A stretch of 64,000 nt of DNA from Candidatus Babeliales bacterium (GTDB lineage: Bacteria > Babelota > Babeliae > Babelales > JANWKD01). Where the stretch lies: the NCBI GenBank assembly GCA_963722255.1, contig CAVRJO010000001.1, positions 448,001 to 512,000 of the forward strand, given 5' to 3'. Positions 60,174 through 64,000 of this stretch are shown piece by piece; positions within the stretch are counted from its first letter, which is position 1; every line of letters begins with the position of its first letter. Position numbers and translations under genes: made by a program. The notes below the pieces were generated by a model. The model worked only from the letters and a program-made list of their open reading frames with translations, searched no databases and was not told the origin of the DNA.

Positions 60174-62129
60174 TTACATTTCAACGGCTAGCAAATTTTG
60201 AAGCACCCATAATTGTACTGAAAAATCTGAATTAGGATTTTGATTTCTTTCAAAAAGCTTATCTATTTCTTGAATATCAAAATAATCGGACCATGCTGTT
60301 TTTGAATGAACAGTATCTAAAAAATGTTGCTTAAAATAGCTTCCTTGCTTGAACCATCTACTTGTTGGTGCAGCAAATCCCATCTTTTTTCGATAGATAG
60401 TATCATAAGGCAAGATGCCCTCCGCTGCTTTTTTTAAAATATATTTTGTGACACCATTTTTATATTTCAAAGAAGTTGGAATTTGGAATGCAAATTCAAC
60501 AAGTTTATGATCTAAAAAAGGTACACGAGCTTCAACTGATGTGGCCATGGTCATCTTATCAACGCGCATAAGAAGCAGCTCAGGAAGCCGTTGTTTGAGC
60601 TCTATATATGCCATCGAAGTAAAAAAATCAGCATCAGGATTTAAACGATTAAGCTCCTGCATATGATAATCAACAACAGTATAACTTGAATCAATTTGCT
60701 TAAATTCAGGATAAATTTTATTAATAATCGGATCAACTGCAAAATCAAATTCATTGTGCTTAAGAAGCGTCCGCTTCCATAATTCAGAAAATGCTGTAGC
60801 ACCTCCCCAGAAGATACTCTTGCCATCAGCCCAATTTTTCAAAGTATCTAATCGATTAAATCGTTCAGGAAATAACGTTGAAGCGGCATAATACATACCC
60901 TGCTTTGCAAAAGTTGGAATAAAGCGTTGAGAATTTTTCCAATAATGATTATACGCATCTATATAGGCACCATAGGTTGCATAGCCGCAAAAAAGTTCAT
61001 CAGAACCTTCACCAACTTGCACAACAGTAACTCCTGAATCTTTTAAAAGCTTTGAAACATAATAAAGAGGAATACAAACGCAATCTGCAAGAGGTTCATC
61101 TTGGTGATATACCATCTTTTGGAAAAATTCGAATGCTTCTTTTTCTGCAATAATAATTTCATGATGATCGGTATTAAATCGTCTGGCAATTTTACGTGCC
61201 CAAGCGAGTTCACTGTATTCTTGCCCGTCAGCAAACGACACATTAAATGTTTTCACTTGGCCAACAACTTCAGACATTAATGCTACATTCAAACTAGAAT
61301 CAATGCCGCCCGATAGAAAAACACCGTAGGGAACATCTGACATCATCTGTTGTTCAATTGAATTACGCAACATGGCGCGAATCTTTTTTATACAAAATGA
61401 CTCATCGGCCATCTGCTTTGCATCATAAACTATTTCAGGTCTTAAAAATGTGTACCAATTATGAAACGTAATATTTTTTTTTGCATCTACCTTAAGATAG
61501 TATGCTGCAGGTAATTTATAGATATTTTTATAGAGCGTCATAGGCGCCGGAGTCGCTAGATAAGTTAAGTAATGGTACATTCCTTGCGTATTTACCTCTT
61601 TGAAATTCCAAGGCAATTGCCATAATGCTTTGATTTCAGATGCAAAGCTCACTACATCATTTTGTAACGAAAAATATAATGGTTTAATGCCAATGCGATC
61701 TCGAATTAAAAAAAGTTCATGAGTCAGAAAATCATATAAAACTATTGCAAACATGCCTTCTAAGCGATTGATTGCATCAATTCCCCATTGCTTATACGCA
61801 TACACAATCGTTTCTGTGTCAGAATTTGAATAATAGATATAGCCAAAACCTTCTAACTCTTTACGCAGCTGTGGATGATTATATATTTCACCATTGCACA
61901 TGACAGCAACAGTTCTCTGGCTATCAAACATTGGCTGAAATCCTGCATCAGAAAGATCCATAATGCTCAGACGACGATGAAAAAGCGCTAATTGATCTTC
62001 ATGAGATAGCCATATTCTATAGCCATTAGGACCACGATGTTCTAAACTTTTTTGCATCTTTTCAAGTAACTGTTGATCACAAGAAAAAGAAGGTTGCTTT
62101 AGATTGAAATATCCACCGAGCCCACACAT
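60174..62129 (-). CDS. asnB: asparagine synthase (glutamine-hydrolysing)-like amidotransferase, paralog 2
   Basis: Same motifs as 49868..51826. Confidence 0.93.
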   Translation of the reverse strand: MCGLGGYFNLKQPSFSCDQQLLEKMQKSLEHRGPNGYRIWLSHEDQLALFHRRLSIMDLSDAGFQPMFDSQRTVAVMCNGEIYNHPQLRKELEGFGYIYYSNSDTETIVYAYKQWGIDAINRLEGMFAIVLYDFLTHELFLIRDRIGIKPLYFSLQNDVVSFASEIKALWQLPWNFKEVNTQGMYHYLTYLATPAPMTLYKNIYKLPAAYYLKVDAKKNITFHNWYTFLRPEIVYDAKQMADESFCIKKIRAMLRNSIEQQMMSDVPYGVFLSGGIDSSLNVALMSEVVGQVKTFNVSFADGQEYSELAWARKIARRFNTDHHEIIIAEKEAFEFFQKMVYHQDEPLADCVCIPLYYVSKLLKDSGVTVVQVGEGSDELFCGYATYGAYIDAYNHYWKNSQRFIPTFAKQGMYYAASTLFPERFNRLDTLKNWADGKSIFWGGATAFSELWKRTLLKHNEFDFAVDPIINKIYPEFKQIDSSYTVVDYHMQELNRLNPDADFFTSMAYIELKQRLPELLLMRVDKMTMATSVEARVPFLDHKLVEFAFQIPTSLKYKNGVTKYILKKAAEGILPYDTIYRKKMGFAAPTSRWFKQGSYFKQHFLDTVHSKTAWSDYFDIQEIDKLFERNQNPNSDFSVQLWVLQNLLAVEM

Positions 62130-62226
62130 ACTCATCCTTTTGAAAATATATTGTTATTGGTGCTACGTACTAGCAATTTTCTTGGTTATACCATGAAATA
62201 CACAAAAGGTGAAATGGATGTCTGTG

Positions 62227-63627
62227 TTATTTAAACTTAAATTTTTTTAAAGCAATAAAGCTCATGCAAAGAAGTAAAATGCCATGTCTAAAGCGACTAA
62301 TTTGTGTAGTGCCATAATTTCTATTTTTATATCGAATAGGCATGTCGACAATTTTTAAGTTAAGTTTGGCAGCGCCAAATAAAAGATCAAAATCGCCAAA
62401 AGGATCAAATTCTCCAAAAAAAGAACGATTAGCGACAATTTTTTCATAACTATGTTTAAAAAGAACTTTGGTACCACAGAGCGTATCTTTTATTGGTTGC
62501 TCAAGAAGCCAAGAAAAACCGATACCAAAACAATAGTTTGCAATGAGGTTTAAAAAACGCATTGCTTCTGATTCCATACCATATACTAAACGAGACCCAT
62601 TAATGAACTCACCTTTCCCATTCAATAATGCATCATAAAATTTGGGAAGCTCTTCAGGGGCAACGGTTAAATCAGCATCAAGAATCATGAGAACATCGCC
62701 CGTTGCTTGGGCAAAACCTAAGCGAACTGCATCTCCTTTACCTTTTCCTTGTTGTACATAATAAGAAATATTTTTTTCCGGGTAAAGTTCACATACTCGT
62801 TTAATTTCTTCAAGGGTATTATCTTTTGAATGACCTTCTACAAAAATTATTTCTGTTCTTTTTCCCATGAGAGGACATCGTTGAACAGCAGCTTCAATAT
62901 TGCCACGTTCATTACGACACGGAATGATTACAGAAACAGAATAGTCCAGCTTATTCAATTTTTTGGGAATTGGGCGAGCAACAATCCATTGGCTCAAGCA
63001 AAGCTTGTTTATAAGGGGCAAAGGAGCAATGAATGTATTAGCAAACCATGACAATACCGGAATATAATAGGGAACTAAAATATAACGATCTTTTGTAATA
63101 ACTTCACAATGTGCTAAAGATAAAAAATTGGCAACATCATGTAATGACAACCAGTTCTTAAACATTGTTGGACGACGCAATGAAAGTTTTTGGGTTATCC
63201 ATAAAACAGGTTCCCAGAGGCAAGAATAAAAATCGATAATAATTTTTGTTGATTCATGGCTCACTGTATGGATATGTTCAAATAATTTTTGGACATCATC
63301 TGTTTCCATTGTTGCCAAATTCATCATGATATAATCAAATGTTTGATCCAGCGTAATATTTTTAAAATCACCAACAACAAATTGATATTCCCGATACTGC
63401 TGCTGTGCATCATTAATACACTGAACATCTTCATCAACACCAACTCCCTGCGAAGGGTTTGTAGCTGCAAGTAAAAAGCCATTTTTACAACTTATATGCA
63501 ATACACGAGATCCTTGAGGTATAAAAGATTGATATAAACGCGCAATGAGCGAATGATAATACCAGTTCTTTTTTATCCAATATGCATATGGTTTTTCCAC
63601 ATGCGAAGTGAGTACTTGTGCCTTCAT
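62227..63627 (-). CDS. GT2 glycosyltransferase with N-terminal methyltransferase-like domain
   Basis: VIIPCRNE, GKGDAVR.GF, ILDADL, DTLCGTK, DPFGDFDLLFGAA. Confidence 0.9.
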   Translation of the reverse strand: MKAQVLTSHVEKPYAYWIKKNWYYHSLIARLYQSFIPQGSRVLHISCKNGFLLAATNPSQGVGVDEDVQCINDAQQQYREYQFVVGDFKNITLDQTFDYIMMNLATMETDDVQKLFEHIHTVSHESTKIIIDFYSCLWEPVLWITQKLSLRRPTMFKNWLSLHDVANFLSLAHCEVITKDRYILVPYYIPVLSWFANTFIAPLPLINKLCLSQWIVARPIPKKLNKLDYSVSVIIPCRNERGNIEAAVQRCPLMGKRTEIIFVEGHSKDNTLEEIKRVCELYPEKNISYYVQQGKGKGDAVRLGFAQATGDVLMILDADLTVAPEELPKFYDALLNGKGEFINGSRLVYGMESEAMRFLNLIANYCFGIGFSWLLEQPIKDTLCGTKVLFKHSYEKIVANRSFFGEFDPFGDFDLLFGAAKLNLKIVDMPIRYKNRNYGTTQISRFRHGILLLCMSFIALKKFKFK

Positions 63628-63735
63628 AACTACCTATCGACTTTTATACGGTATAACGTTACAATTATGTGCTTGTAAATATCTGCTTGTAAAAATTATA
63701 GGCAATTACGTAACCAAATCAAGAAGAGATTGTAG

Positions 63736-64000
63736 ATGGAAAAATTTGTAGAACAAGGAATGCTTTGGCTTTCTTTACTCAACCCATGCAGCATATCAAT
63801 ACTTGAAGATACCCAAGAACAACATACCCAAGTTCCGCTAATTCGAGAGCTTGAACATGATACCCTCAAACTGATTTCTTTACTTGAGCGTATAGTACAA
63901 ATTTATGGCAATGCACTTGAAAATAGTATGCTTGAATATTCGAACAGAATGCATCTTATTCAAATTCAAACTATAATTACCAAATTTCAAGAAAAACTAA
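63736..64000 (+). CDS. hypothetical protein, partial (runs off window)
   Basis: MEKFVEQGMLW... stays open to the window end. Confidence 0.5.
   Translation, partial: MEKFVEQGMLWLSLLNPCSISILEDTQEQHTQVPLIRELEHDTLKLISLLERIVQIYGNALENSMLEYSNRMHLIQIQTIITKFQEKL

Overview
AT-rich bacterial DNA. The many signal-peptide proteins carrying eukaryote-like domains (ankyrin, Sel1, Skp1/BTB plus beta-propeller, dsRBD) suggest an intracellular symbiont of protists, most plausibly Ca. Dependentiae (TM6/Babeliae); this is inference, not a database result. 552-13100 is a tRNA-Arg(UCU) integration hotspot. It holds a ~9.5 kb large-serine-recombinase element (att core GGGCACACCA at 619-628 and 10125-10134) with primase, SF3-type helicase and SpoVG, then a probable older relic element. 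Two copies of a module made of GC-rich structured repeats plus an 80-aa GIY-YIG nuclease each start exactly at a tRNA-derived ACACCA end; this is the most novel-looking system here. 13-44 kb is an accessory region of putative secreted effectors and metabolic or stress genes. It includes an IS3 interrupting an ankyrin gene, an IS1202/ISNCY-type element, and a secreted ankyrin-(inactive RNase III)-dsRBD protein. 44.5-63.6 kb is a surface-polysaccharide locus (MBOAT, 2 AsnB, 2 methyltransferases, GT4, Wzx, Gmd, GT2) interrupted by two tandem Skp1/BTB-propeller genes.
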